Assembly: GCF_018398935.1 (NCBI RefSeq)
Contig: NZ_CP074694.1
Span: 2,520,001-2,552,000, forward strand
Origin: Telmatocola sphagniphila
GTDB lineage: Bacteria; Planctomycetota; Planctomycetia; Gemmatales; Gemmataceae
Length of the DNA stretch: 32,000 nucleotides
Reading direction: 5' to 3'
Positions 1-7,782 of this stretch are shown here, in pieces. The notes below the pieces were generated by a model that did no database searches, was not told the origin of the DNA, and worked only from the letters and a program-made list of their open reading frames with translations. Within the stretch, counting starts at the first letter, position 1. Every line of letters starts with the position of its first letter. The translations under genes were made by a program, and so were the position numbers.

Positions 1-496
1 CTTCCTTGACCAGATCGGCCAGCAATTTAGCCGGTAACCGCATCATCCCCACCATGCCGCGGGCGAATTCCACCCAAATCGGATTGTCGTGAGAGACCGT
101 GCCCTCTTCCGGCAGGGCTGTACCCCCTATCCGCACCGCTTCCGTCAGTCGGTGAAAACATTCGCGGAGCTTCGGCGTGTGAAGAAATTCCAGGGTTTTT
201 CCCAGATAGGCCGGAGAATTTTTATCCAGATAGAAACTGGAATCCGCCGTCAATTCGTAACGGTCGTTATGCTTGATAAGAAAGCCTTGAACTGTCAGGT
301 AATCGCATAAGATGCGGATGCCGCGAGGAGAAGCCTGGCAAGCCTGGCAAGCCTGCGCGATTTCCGGAGGGGTACGCTTACCGCTGGCGATATGCGTGAA
401 TAGCTCCAGTTCGACGGCAGTACGTATCGCTTCCGTCTTTTCGTAGGCCGAAACCGCTTCGAAGAATAGACGAGGAGAAGGAGATTGAACGCTCAT
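1..496 (-). CDS. O-methyltransferase (family 2-like), N-terminal part; the CDS runs off the left edge of the window
   Basis: Manual reverse translation from ATG (complement of 494-496) is open to position 1: MSVQSPSPRLFFEAVSAYEKTEAIRTAVELELFTHIASGKRTPPEIAQ...RILCDYLTVQGFLIKHNDRYELT. This pattern matches the winged-helix dimerisation domain that precedes SAM-dependent O-methyltransferase domains. It is absent from the ORF track because it is truncated by the window edge. Confidence 0.6.
   Translation of the reverse strand, partial: MSVQSPSPRLFFEAVSAYEKTEAIRTAVELELFTHIASGKRTPPEIAQACQACQASPRGIRILCDYLTVQGFLIKHNDRYELTADSSFYLDKNSPAYLGKTLEFLHTPKLRECFHRLTEAVRIGGTALPEEGTVSHDNPIWVEFARGMVGMMRLPAKLLADLVKE
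332..355. repeat. 9-bp in-frame tandem repeat (agcctggca x2 plus a partial third copy) inside the methyltransferase CDS
   Basis: Direct reading gives agcctggca agcctggca agcctg. It translates on the minus strand as QACQACQA. Confidence 0.9.
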
Positions 497-771
497 TGAG
501 ATTCCTAACTCTAAGAAACACTTCGCTGACCGGACAAGGTCCGCGAACTTGTTTTACTCGGGAGTCATCGCGGACGAGACAGGTGAAATTCTTACTCGGA
601 TAAAAAGACGATCAATCGAGTCGACATTCAGACAAATTCCCGGGATATTTTTTTTCTTGATCCTGCCGCTTCGAATGGAGTTTCCATTTCTTTGTGGTGA
701 TGTCTTTCCCAAGCCCATAAAAATTGGAAAAGACGCCTGAAAGCTGAAAACACCAAACGTTGGAGTTTCCT

Positions 772-1782
772 ATGCACTTTCGATTCTTATTTCTCTTCGC
801 CATGCTCATGGGAAGCATCTTCTGCACATCCGCCCCAGTTGAGGGCCAGACACCCACGGATTCGAAGAAACTGGCCAACAGCCTGATTGGTCGCTGGGAC
901 CTTACCGTCAAAGGAACCAACAGTACCTACCCTTCCTGGCTGGAGATCACGCGATCCGGATCCCGGACACTGGTCGGATCTTTCGTCGGTCAGGTGGGCA
1001 GTGCTCGGCCCATCTCCAAAATCGAAATCAAAGACGGCAAATTCCACTTCAGCATTCCGCCTCAGTGGGAAGCTGGAACCGAAGATTTTGTATTTGAAGG
1101 CACTTTCGAAAACGATCGCATTCAGGGGACGACTACGCTCCCCAAGGGACGTAAAGTCGATTGGGTCGGCGTCCGGGCTCCTTCATTAAAGCGGACCCAG
1201 CCGCCCGTCTGGGGCAAACCCATTTCGCTCTTCAACGACAAAGATCTCACGGGCTGGAAGGCGCGACAAGTCAACGGCACGCATGGCTGGGAAGTTAAAG
1301 ACGGGCTTCTGGTGAATGCCAAACCGGGCCAGGATCTCGTTACCGAAAAAACCTTTACCGATTTCAAACTGCATGCCGAATTCCGTTACCCCAAAGGAAG
1401 CAACAGTGGGATTTATCTGCGCGGCCGTTATGAAGTGCAGATCGAAGATGGTTACGGCCACGAACCCGAAAGCCACGAAATCGGTGGAGTTTACGGTTTC
1501 CTGACCCCCCGTATCAATGCTTCCAAACCGGCGGGCGAATGGCAGAGTATTGACATCACCCTGATTGGTCGCGAAGTCACCGTTGTTCTGAACCACGAAA
1601 CGATAATTGATCGCCAGACGATTCCGGGCATTACCGGCGGGGCCTTGGACAGCGACGAAGGCAAACCGGGTCCAATTCTGCTACAGGGCGATCATGGTTC
1701 CATCGAGTTTCGCAATCTGATTCTGGTGCCGTCGGAAACGGATGGCAGCACGACTCTGACGGCCCCTCGAGAGAAGAAATAA
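772..1782 (+). CDS. Secreted DUF1080 (3-keto-disaccharide hydrolase family) domain protein
   Basis: The ORF-track frame is 760..1782; ATG at 772 is preferred (MHFRFLFLFAMLMGSIFC, a signal-peptide-like N-terminus). The C-terminal half has the DUF1080 pattern: DLTGWK...WEVKDGLL...FTDFKLHAEFRYPKGSNSGIYLRGRYEVQIED...GGVYG...KPAGEWQSIDITLIGREVTVVLN...GPILLQGDHGSIEFRNL. Confidence 0.85.
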   Translation: MHFRFLFLFAMLMGSIFCTSAPVEGQTPTDSKKLANSLIGRWDLTVKGTNSTYPSWLEITRSGSRTLVGSFVGQVGSARPISKIEIKDGKFHFSIPPQWEAGTEDFVFEGTFENDRIQGTTTLPKGRKVDWVGVRAPSLKRTQPPVWGKPISLFNDKDLTGWKARQVNGTHGWEVKDGLLVNAKPGQDLVTEKTFTDFKLHAEFRYPKGSNSGIYLRGRYEVQIEDGYGHEPESHEIGGVYGFLTPRINASKPAGEWQSIDITLIGREVTVVLNHETIIDRQTIPGITGGALDSDEGKPGPILLQGDHGSIEFRNLILVPSETDGSTTLTAPREKK

Positions 1783-1890
1783 AATCGATCGGACGTTTTA
1801 TAATTTGTTCGGCCATTCGGAGGCAGTAACTCAGAATGGCTGTTCAAAGATGCACTCATCGATAGTTTCAAATCATCAACCCAACGGCAA

Positions 1891-2652
1891 TCAAGGATTT
1901 TTCACCGCGAGAGAATCACTCTCGAAGAATTGCACGCTTCCTTCACTCATGTCGTAAATCCCGCAAATCACTTGGAGTCGGCCTCTCTCCATCGCTTCCT
2001 GAATGACCAAACTTTCTCGAATGAGAATGCGAGCCTGCTGGAGAGCATTCTCCCGGCAGAGATATTCTCGCTCGGACTCGGAATGGTCGTCGTGAGCCTG
2101 CAATATCTCCTGGGCAAGTCCTCGGGTGTGCTCCTGAAGTGCTTTCAAATGATGCGGCAAAGGCTTCCCCTCGGCTTCCAGAACTGCATCAATGGCTCCG
2201 CATCCTTTATGCGCCAGAATCACAATTAACGGGACGTGCAGATGTTCGACCGCATATTCAAAGGAAGCCAGCACGTCTTCATCAACCAGATTTCCCGCAT
2301 TGCGAACTTCAAAAATGCCGCCGGGACGGGAATCGAAAATGAACTCCGGACAGACCCGGCTATCCGCGCAGGTAAGTATCGCCACATAGGGGTGTTGACC
2401 CGCCATTAATTCATGTCGATTTTCGGCATCGAGGCTGGTATCGGTGGATAGAGAACGGTTGCATTCAACGAAACGGCGATTCCCGTTGACGAGGGCCAAG
2501 AGGGCCGATTCCGAACTGTCTGGTTTGGCCGAGCGAATCCGTTTTCGGGGCGGACGAACCAGCCCCAGGACGATTCCCACGCAGGCCAGAGTGAGCAGAC
2601 CTCCCAACAACATCCAGACAAGATTGCGCATCTTTGCAAAAAGCATCAGCAT
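1891..2652 (-). CDS. Beta-class carbonic anhydrase with an N-terminal transmembrane anchor
   Basis: Beta-CA zinc-ligand motifs are present: CADSRVCPE and HKGCGA. The N-terminus has a hydrophobic helix (LVWMLLGGLLTLACVGIVLGLV). The start could instead be the internal Met at 2631. Confidence 0.85.
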   Translation of the reverse strand: MLMLFAKMRNLVWMLLGGLLTLACVGIVLGLVRPPRKRIRSAKPDSSESALLALVNGNRRFVECNRSLSTDTSLDAENRHELMAGQHPYVAILTCADSRVCPEFIFDSRPGGIFEVRNAGNLVDEDVLASFEYAVEHLHVPLIVILAHKGCGAIDAVLEAEGKPLPHHLKALQEHTRGLAQEILQAHDDHSESEREYLCRENALQQARILIRESLVIQEAMERGRLQVICGIYDMSEGSVQFFESDSLAVKNP

Positions 2653-2712
2653 TTCCTGCGATATTTGGTTTTTAACCCGGCTCGAGTTTCGCGGCGATCC
2701 GGGAAAACGTTC

Positions 2713-3081
2713 TTAGGACGGTGTTGAAGCCAGTGTGCTCTTTTCCATCTTGTGCATCAGGGCCAGCGATTCGCTTAGATGGGAATGGAAGTACGTTTTC
2801 ATGAGATCGAGTAGCTTGCCGAGCAATTTATCCCGAAGTCGGTAGAAAACCTGGTTACCCTCCTTGCGAGCCAGGACGATATTTTTACCGCGTAACACGG
2901 CCAAATGCTGGGAAGCGTTGGCCTGCTCGATTTCCAGCTTTTCATAGATGCGGGTAACGGGTATCTCCCCTTCATCTCTCAAGAGTTCCACGATGGCAAT
3001 TCGCGTGGGATTAGCCAGCGCCCGAAACAGGCTGGCCTTAAATTCCCGCAAAATCTCCGGCATCGAATCGGTATTGACCAT
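2713..3081 (-). CDS. ArsR/SmtB-family metalloregulatory transcriptional repressor
   Basis: Shows the typical ArsR wHTH: LFRALANPTRIAIVELLRDEGEIPVTRIYEKLEIEQANASQHLAVLRGKNIVLARKEGNQVFYRL. It lies 60 bp upstream of, and co-directional with, the carbonic anhydrase gene. Confidence 0.85.
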   Translation of the reverse strand: MVNTDSMPEILREFKASLFRALANPTRIAIVELLRDEGEIPVTRIYEKLEIEQANASQHLAVLRGKNIVLARKEGNQVFYRLRDKLLGKLLDLMKTYFHSHLSESLALMHKMEKSTLASTPS

Positions 3082-3114
3082 CCAGGCCCCCGGCAGGGTG
3101 CATATTTAAAATCG

Positions 3115-3136
3115 TATATTCGAATTATTGAATATA
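3115..3136. promoter_or_regulatory. Candidate ArsR-family operator: 7-8-7 inverted repeat TATATTC-n8-GAATATA
   Basis: Perfect inverted arms at 3115-3121 and 3130-3136, in an A/T-rich tract 34-55 bp upstream of the ArsR start codon. ArsR/SmtB repressors typically autoregulate through A/T-rich imperfect palindromes overlapping their promoter. Confidence 0.45.
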
Positions 3137-3181
3137 GTTGCGGGAAGTCAATCGGATTTCGTTGTGAATTGCCGCGACTCT

Positions 3182-3748
3182 CTATTCTCCTACAAGGAAT
3201 CCTAAAACCACCAGTAGAACGAACACCGCCAGAGTCCCCCAGGCCACATCCCGGCGAACGGCTTCCTTCGAAGCTCCGAGCCCAAAGTGAACACCCTGCT
3301 TATGCCACAGAGTCAGGCCCACTGGAACGGTCAACAGACCGAAAAACCAAAGCTCCCAGATACTCGAGCCGTGAAGCAGCATTTGACCGCAATCCCCTAC
3401 CCTATCGAATGAGCCGCAGCTGATGTAAATTCCATTCACTACCAGACAGAAACCTGCAAAATAGCGGAAGACAAACGCCGCCGTCCCCCGGATGCAGACA
3501 ACAAATGCCCAGAGTAAAAGGGGAACGATCACCCCAAAAATAGGTCCCGCCCAGACGACAAAAAGTGGATGGGGATTCTCGGAAAGATCCGTGCGCGAGA
3601 TGGTCAAGGGATAAAGCACGACTCGTTCAACTTTACCACCGCTCAGAAGTGCTCCTATCACGTGCCCGGTCTCGTGCACGGCTTGCATTCCCAGCCAAGA
3701 GCCGAGTAACGTGGAGAGGATAAGCAGGATTTGGAAGCTGCGAGACAC
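3182..3748 (-). CDS. Polytopic membrane protein with an HExxH motif (M50B-like putative zinc metalloprotease)
   Basis: HETGH sits within the first hydrophobic segment (GMQAVHETGHVIGALLSGGKVERVVL), followed by several further hydrophobic helices. This resembles the Peptidase_M50B family. Confidence 0.6.
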   Translation of the reverse strand: MSRSFQILLILSTLLGSWLGMQAVHETGHVIGALLSGGKVERVVLYPLTISRTDLSENPHPLFVVWAGPIFGVIVPLLLWAFVVCIRGTAAFVFRYFAGFCLVVNGIYISCGSFDRVGDCGQMLLHGSSIWELWFFGLLTVPVGLTLWHKQGVHFGLGASKEAVRRDVAWGTLAVFVLLVVLGFLVGE

Positions 3749-3919
3749 AGTTTTATCCCTCGTATGGAACTAGAGCGGTGGTAACTGAAAGAAAGTGTTT
3801 CCACTTTAAACGACCCGGGTTGCACTCTAACCTGAGTTTAGAATTGATAACGAACACGGCTATACGAGAACAATCTTACCATTGTCAATGTGCAAGTAAA
3901 CGAGTCGATAGGAACAAGG

Positions 3920-4029
3920 CGTAAATGCTGAAATGTCAACGAAAAAGGGCTTGCTGCCATTCGCTGACAACAAGCCCTCTGAATCGGACCGGGGAGATTT
4001 GAACTCCCGACCTCTTGCACCCCAAGCAA
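3920..4029 (-). repeat. Distal att repeat: duplicated 3' part of tRNA-Pro (anticodon stem to discriminator base) plus a duplicated terminator hairpin; a pseudo-tRNA fragment
   Basis: Identical to 12153-12262. Homology to the tRNA stops at 4029, inside the anticodon stem, so no complete tRNA can be folded here. Confidence 0.9.
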
Positions 4030-4084
4030 AAGGCAATCGATCAAATTCGCAAGAAAAACCGGGGATTTCAGACGATGGCCGCGC

Positions 4085-4105
4085 CGTTCGTCCCTCAGTT
4101 CGTCC
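4085..4105 (+). repeat. 21-bp repeat GTTCGTCCCTCAGTTCGTCCC (internally 2x GTTCGTCCC); candidate integrase arm-type site, left copy
   Basis: Exact second copy at 12045-12065. Both copies lie inside the element, 55 bp and 87 bp from the att repeats, so they would flank attP in the circular form. Confidence 0.5.
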
Positions 4106-4230
4106 CAACTCTAAGAAAACCATCGAAGCCGACGCCTCAGAACTCGCCAAAATGATCGCTTCTCTTTCGAAGGCAGAACGAGCGAAACTGGTGGCATTAC
4201 TCATCGCCGGGCCGGGGGTTGAATAGCACT

Positions 4231-4740
4231 ATGACGCCGGAGAATGAACCGATCCCCGAGACGCCCGGGCTGCCGACTGGCGATTCGAAAGCTGAGCTGG
4301 GGGGAGGCACACCGCCAGATAGTCTCAAAGAGTCCGATAATGTCCGCTCTTCAATGCGTCATCGGCGCGAAATTGACGATTTACTCGCCTTGAAGCTGGG
4401 AACCGGCTCAACGATCAAAGCCGCCGCCGAAGCGGCCGGAGTATCAGAAAAAACCGTTTACCGGCGATTGAAGCGAATCCACTTCAAACAACAGATTCTA
4501 GGCGTTCGGCATCGGCTTCTAAGCGAATCAACAGGCTTATTGGCCGCACAACTAAACAAAGCTGTTTTGAAATTGTCCGATCTCGTCGACTCTCAGACAG
4601 AAACCGTCGCGCTTGCGGCTTGTCGGGCTTTATTTGACGCATCGACGAAAATGACCGAAATGATCGACTTCGCGATTCGACTTGAAATTCTCGAATTCCA
4701 GCAAAAAACAATCACGAAAGATCTGGCCGATGAAAAATAG
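4231..4740 (+). CDS. Helix-turn-helix DNA-binding protein of the element (function unknown; regulator or small-terminase-like)
   Basis: The ORF-track frame is 4219..4740 with a TTG start; ATG at 4231 is preferred. The HTH is GSTIKAAAEAAGVSEKTVYRRLKR, preceded by a disordered N-terminus and followed by a helical C-terminal region. Confidence 0.6.
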   Translation: MTPENEPIPETPGLPTGDSKAELGGGTPPDSLKESDNVRSSMRHRREIDDLLALKLGTGSTIKAAAEAAGVSEKTVYRRLKRIHFKQQILGVRHRLLSESTGLLAAQLNKAVLKLSDLVDSQTETVALAACRALFDASTKMTEMIDFAIRLEILEFQQKTITKDLADEK

Positions 4741-5053
4741 AAAGGAACTGAACGAAGTCACGAATTCGATTGAAAGCGATTGGAGCAAACTCTCTGAGAG
4801 AATGCACGGGCCGGGCGTTAACTTCCGTTGGATCGCTCGAATAGCAAAGCGCGACATAGTAGATCTTGTCGGACCGCTCACGCTGAAGCAACGCAAATTA
4901 TTCGAAGAATTCGAAGCAAAGCTAACTGAATGTGAAGCCGCCGGTATGGACTCCAAGGAACTAGGGCGAAGCTTAGCTGAACTCGCCCACCAACTTTTGA
5001 ACGAAGCTACAACAACCTTGCAAAGATGGACAGCGGAAAGCATTATTATTTGA
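4730..5053 (+). CDS. Hypothetical protein of the element
   Basis: Same frame as track ORF 4682..5053. ATG at 4730 overlaps the end of the upstream gene (stop TAG 4738-4740) by 11 nt, which suggests translational coupling. I recognise no domain. Confidence 0.45.
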   Translation: MKNRKELNEVTNSIESDWSKLSERMHGPGVNFRWIARIAKRDIVDLVGPLTLKQRKLFEEFEAKLTECEAAGMDSKELGRSLAELAHQLLNEATTTLQRWTAESIII

Positions 5054-5152
5054 AGATCAAATCGACCAGTTCTTATGCGTTGCCTACCTTTCCACGACGT
5101 TTATAATTCAAGTATCAGGTAATCCTCGGAGTCGACACCGGGGATTCTGCGG

Positions 5153-6445
5153 TTGCCCGTTAGCGTGGAAGCACTCTCCGCGATAGCGGGCAACTGGCCT
5201 GATATTGAGAGTGCGTTCATGGTTCCATCGTCAACAAAGCAACCAAATCGAACTATTGCCCAAATCGACAAACGTTATTCTAATTGGAAAAAGGCGAATA
5301 GCTTGAGTGTCCAGCAAAGCATCAAATTGGCCGAAGCTGGTGGAAAAGCTCTGGGATATTGCCGTGAGATCGCTTATGGTATCGAAGAGCATCTCGCAAC
5401 CAAGAATCTCGGTTACAAGCATCCCAGAGCATTACCACCAGCATCTATAATCGCCAAACTGTTCGATGCGCTGCAATCGGTTGGCAAACTAGTTCGAAAA
5501 CTCAAGAGGAAGTGGTTACTTGAAGAATTGGCGTTTGATGAGATCGTACAGAAGCTGTCTCACGACCACATATCAGAGGAAATGCGAGTACACGCAAAAA
5601 AATGGGCCTTAATGTGGATCACGAAAACTATAGGCGGAAAATTTGAAGCATCCGATCTATCAGGCAGATGGGAATCCGCCAGCAAGGGGGATGCAGGACT
5701 GTTAATTTTTTGCGAAGCAATTCATTACCTCGATCATTCAGTAAACAGCATCACTGGCTACGATACCCGGGCATATCGACATCAAATTCTTGATCTTAAT
5801 TCGACGATAAAGTTGACTACCAGATTGAGGGCGATTTCGAGAAAGGATACCTGGAACCCAGAGGATGCATTTTACTACGATTTTCATTCGATGAGTCTCG
5901 TTCTGTCGATGGGGGAGTTGGGTCTTAAAGCCAAAAAGCATCCCGTAACTTTTGACGAGCTGGAGAAGTATACAGATACCCTGATTCTAAAGCAAAAGCA
6001 GGTTAGGGAAGAAAATAGAGAGATGTCCCAAAAGCGAAAGATCTCAATTACTAAGCGTGAAATCGATGCGACCTTGAATCAAACGATAGCGAAAAAAAGT
6101 CTTAAATTTCTTAGTGAGTCTGAAAGTGAAATTAAACCGGACGCATTACCTGAATCGCTCTCAGATGTAGTGAACAAATATATCATTTTGTCCCTATCGT
6201 CACTAAACGCTTATTCCAGCGAAACATGCCAAAGCTGCTCTAGATTAATGAAATATATCAGAAGTCAATTTGATGGAAATCCCAAAATTCAAAAGGTGCG
6301 AAGCCCTTCTGCGTACCAGAAAAGGCTGGGACTTTTGAAGCGCCTCGGGCTACTTCAAACAAACGGTTTAGGTCAAAACAGTGGTCACTATCTAACCCAA
6401 CAAGGAATAAAAATTGCACGCGATCTAAAGCGATCAAGTGGCTGA
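5153..6445 (+). CDS. Orphan 430-aa protein (A/T-rich cargo gene) with a possible C-terminal winged-helix
   Basis: It is a long uninterrupted ORF in a visibly more A/T-rich stretch than the flanking element genes. I recognise no catalytic motif. The C-terminus (QKRLGLLKRLGLLQTNGLGQNSGHYLTQQGIKIARDL) looks like a wHTH recognition helix plus wing. The start is uncertain: TTG 5153, GTG 5165 or ATG 5219. Confidence 0.6.
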   Translation: MPVSVEALSAIAGNWPDIESAFMVPSSTKQPNRTIAQIDKRYSNWKKANSLSVQQSIKLAEAGGKALGYCREIAYGIEEHLATKNLGYKHPRALPPASIIAKLFDALQSVGKLVRKLKRKWLLEELAFDEIVQKLSHDHISEEMRVHAKKWALMWITKTIGGKFEASDLSGRWESASKGDAGLLIFCEAIHYLDHSVNSITGYDTRAYRHQILDLNSTIKLTTRLRAISRKDTWNPEDAFYYDFHSMSLVLSMGELGLKAKKHPVTFDELEKYTDTLILKQKQVREENREMSQKRKISITKREIDATLNQTIAKKSLKFLSESESEIKPDALPESLSDVVNKYIILSLSSLNAYSSETCQSCSRLMKYIRSQFDGNPKIQKVRSPSAYQKRLGLLKRLGLLQTNGLGQNSGHYLTQQGIKIARDLKRSSG

Positions 6446-6534
6446 AAGAAATAAGAATCATAATTCGTCATAGATCATCGTACATCGTCATAATTTACAT
6501 CTCTCTAATCACCGTTTAGGATTTCACTAGTCAA

Positions 6535-6551
6535 CCGCGAATCAATCGCGG
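6535..6551. promoter_or_regulatory. Inverted repeat CCGCGA-n5-TCGCGG upstream of the xis-replication operon; candidate operator
   Basis: A perfect 6-bp-arm palindrome lies 28 bp upstream of the GTG start at 6579. It is preceded by TCGTCATA direct repeats at 6465-6472 and 6485-6492. A GGGAG RBS-like motif is at 6566-6570. Confidence 0.3.
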
Positions 6552-6578
6552 CATTCATCGACTTAGGGAGTCCAACAA

Positions 6579-6800
6579 GTGCAAACCGTTACCACTACGC
6601 CGGGGAAACGCCTCGGCGACGCCAAAGAAGTCGCAAGGCTTTTGGACTGTTCATGGCGGCATGTCCTTCGAATGGCCGACGCTGGCCTTTTACCGTGGGG
6701 CTGCAAGTTAGGAACACTTCGCCGCTGGGATCTCGACGAGATTTCCAAATGGATTTCTGAAGGCTGCAAGCCGGTCCGCTCTCACAAAGGGAGGGACTAA
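6579..6800 (+). CDS. xis: Excisionase/AlpA-family HTH DNA-binding protein
   Basis: LGDAKEVARLLDCSWRHVLRMADAGLLPWGCKLGTLRRWDLDEISKWI matches the excisionase-family (MerR-like HTH_17) pattern. It is a small protein located in an integrase-bearing element. The start is GTG. Confidence 0.7.
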   Translation: MQTVTTTPGKRLGDAKEVARLLDCSWRHVLRMADAGLLPWGCKLGTLRRWDLDEISKWISEGCKPVRSHKGRD

Positions 6801-6802
6801 AA

Positions 6803-7297
6803 ATGTCGTGCAATCCGAATTTACTCAAGGCTGAGGCTATCGGGCAAGGCGAAGAGCTAAGGGATCGTGGAATGGCTCTCGCCGCAAACGGGGCCGGGCG
6901 TCAAATCCTGATACTAACCGCTCAAATCGCACTCCTCGAAGCTGTCCGACGGAATCCAAGCCGATGCACCACAACGGACGATATAACCGCCGATTTGATG
7001 GCGAAGCATTCGGACGGTGGCCGATGGCGGGGAACCGTTCCGAGATCTCTGGCGGTGGCCGGCTTGATTAAGAAAATAGGCACCGTGAACTCAAGCCGCG
7101 CCGCCCGTCACTCTGGCTATCTGGCTCAATGGCAAGGCGTCTCAGATTCTGCAATTGATGCCCATTTAGTCACTCTGCGCCGTGAACTCAACGAATTAAA
7201 AACTCAATCCAGTTCGGCTGATGCCGGGCTATTTGCAGGCTTTGAAACGGAATCGGGCCGGACGGTTGCTCCCGCCGACCCGATGATTAAGGAGTAA
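6803..7297 (+). CDS. Hypothetical protein of the element
   Basis: ATG lies 2 nt after the xis stop, with GGGAGGG upstream. Codon usage is consistent with the neighbours. I recognise no domain. Confidence 0.55.
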   Translation: MSCNPNLLKAEAIGQGEELRDRGMALAANGAGRQILILTAQIALLEAVRRNPSRCTTTDDITADLMAKHSDGGRWRGTVPRSLAVAGLIKKIGTVNSSRAARHSGYLAQWQGVSDSAIDAHLVTLRRELNELKTQSSSADAGLFAGFETESGRTVAPADPMIKE

Positions 7298-7302
7298 TCG
7301 CA

Positions 7303-7782
7303 ATGGAACCACGAAAACGCCTTTCGGATATTTTAGCAGAAAGCGCTTCAAGAAAAAGTTTTTCGGAACTTTGGAAGAATACAAAGCCTGCGCGGGATTT
7401 TGTTGTAATCCCTGCGGGCGAATACCTATGCCGGGTTCGTTCCGGGGAATTGGGCGTCACTAAAGAGAAAGGCACAAGATTCTACAAACTTGGATTCGAA
7501 ATCGTCGAAGGGGAATTTGCAAGGCGACGGGTTTGGCATGATTCTTGGCTGACGCCTGATGCGCTTCCTTACACGAAGCGGGATCTAGAGAAAATCGGGA
7601 TCTACACCGAAGAACAACTTGAAGAGCCGTTGCCCACCGGGATATTGGTCAAATTACGTCTGGTAGTTCGCCGTGACGAAGATGGCAAGGAGCGGAATCG
7701 GATCAAATCCTTCGAGTACTTCGGTAGGGAGGAAGCCGACCCTTTCTCGCCGGAAGATCTGACCGGGGGTGACAGCAAATGA
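7303..7782 (+). CDS. DUF669-like phage protein (putative ssDNA-binding or replication accessory protein)
   Basis: The pattern VIPAGEYLCRVRSGELGVTKEKGTRFYKLGFEIVEGEFARRRVWHDSWL resembles DUF669 proteins, which sit next to primase/helicase genes in phages. This assignment is from memory of the family pattern only. Confidence 0.45.
   Translation: MEPRKRLSDILAESASRKSFSELWKNTKPARDFVVIPAGEYLCRVRSGELGVTKEKGTRFYKLGFEIVEGEFARRRVWHDSWLTPDALPYTKRDLEKIGIYTEEQLEEPLPTGILVKLRLVVRRDEDGKERNRIKSFEYFGREEADPFSPEDLTGGDSK

Noticed and set aside
549-920. ORFs 549..740 + and 612..920 - in the methyltransferase/DUF1080 intergenic region
   Set aside because: They are short, mutually overlapping and overlap the signal-peptide region of the DUF1080 gene. 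They have no motifs. The region is more likely a divergent promoter.
1812-1840. Possible bidirectional terminator hairpin (GCCATTC-n15-GAATGGC) between the convergent DUF1080 and carbonic anhydrase genes
   Set aside because: It has only a 7-bp stem with a 15-nt loop and no flanking U-tract on either strand, which is too weak to call.
3860-4226. ORFs 3838..4044 -, 3860..4204 - and 3933..4226 +, and their twins 12054..12275 - and 12110..12316 -
   Set aside because: They overlap the duplicated tRNA/terminator att sequence, and the peptide identity between the twins simply reflects the 110-bp DNA repeat. They are not called as independent genes. The + frame is retained only as the possible alternative integrase tail discussed in the findings.
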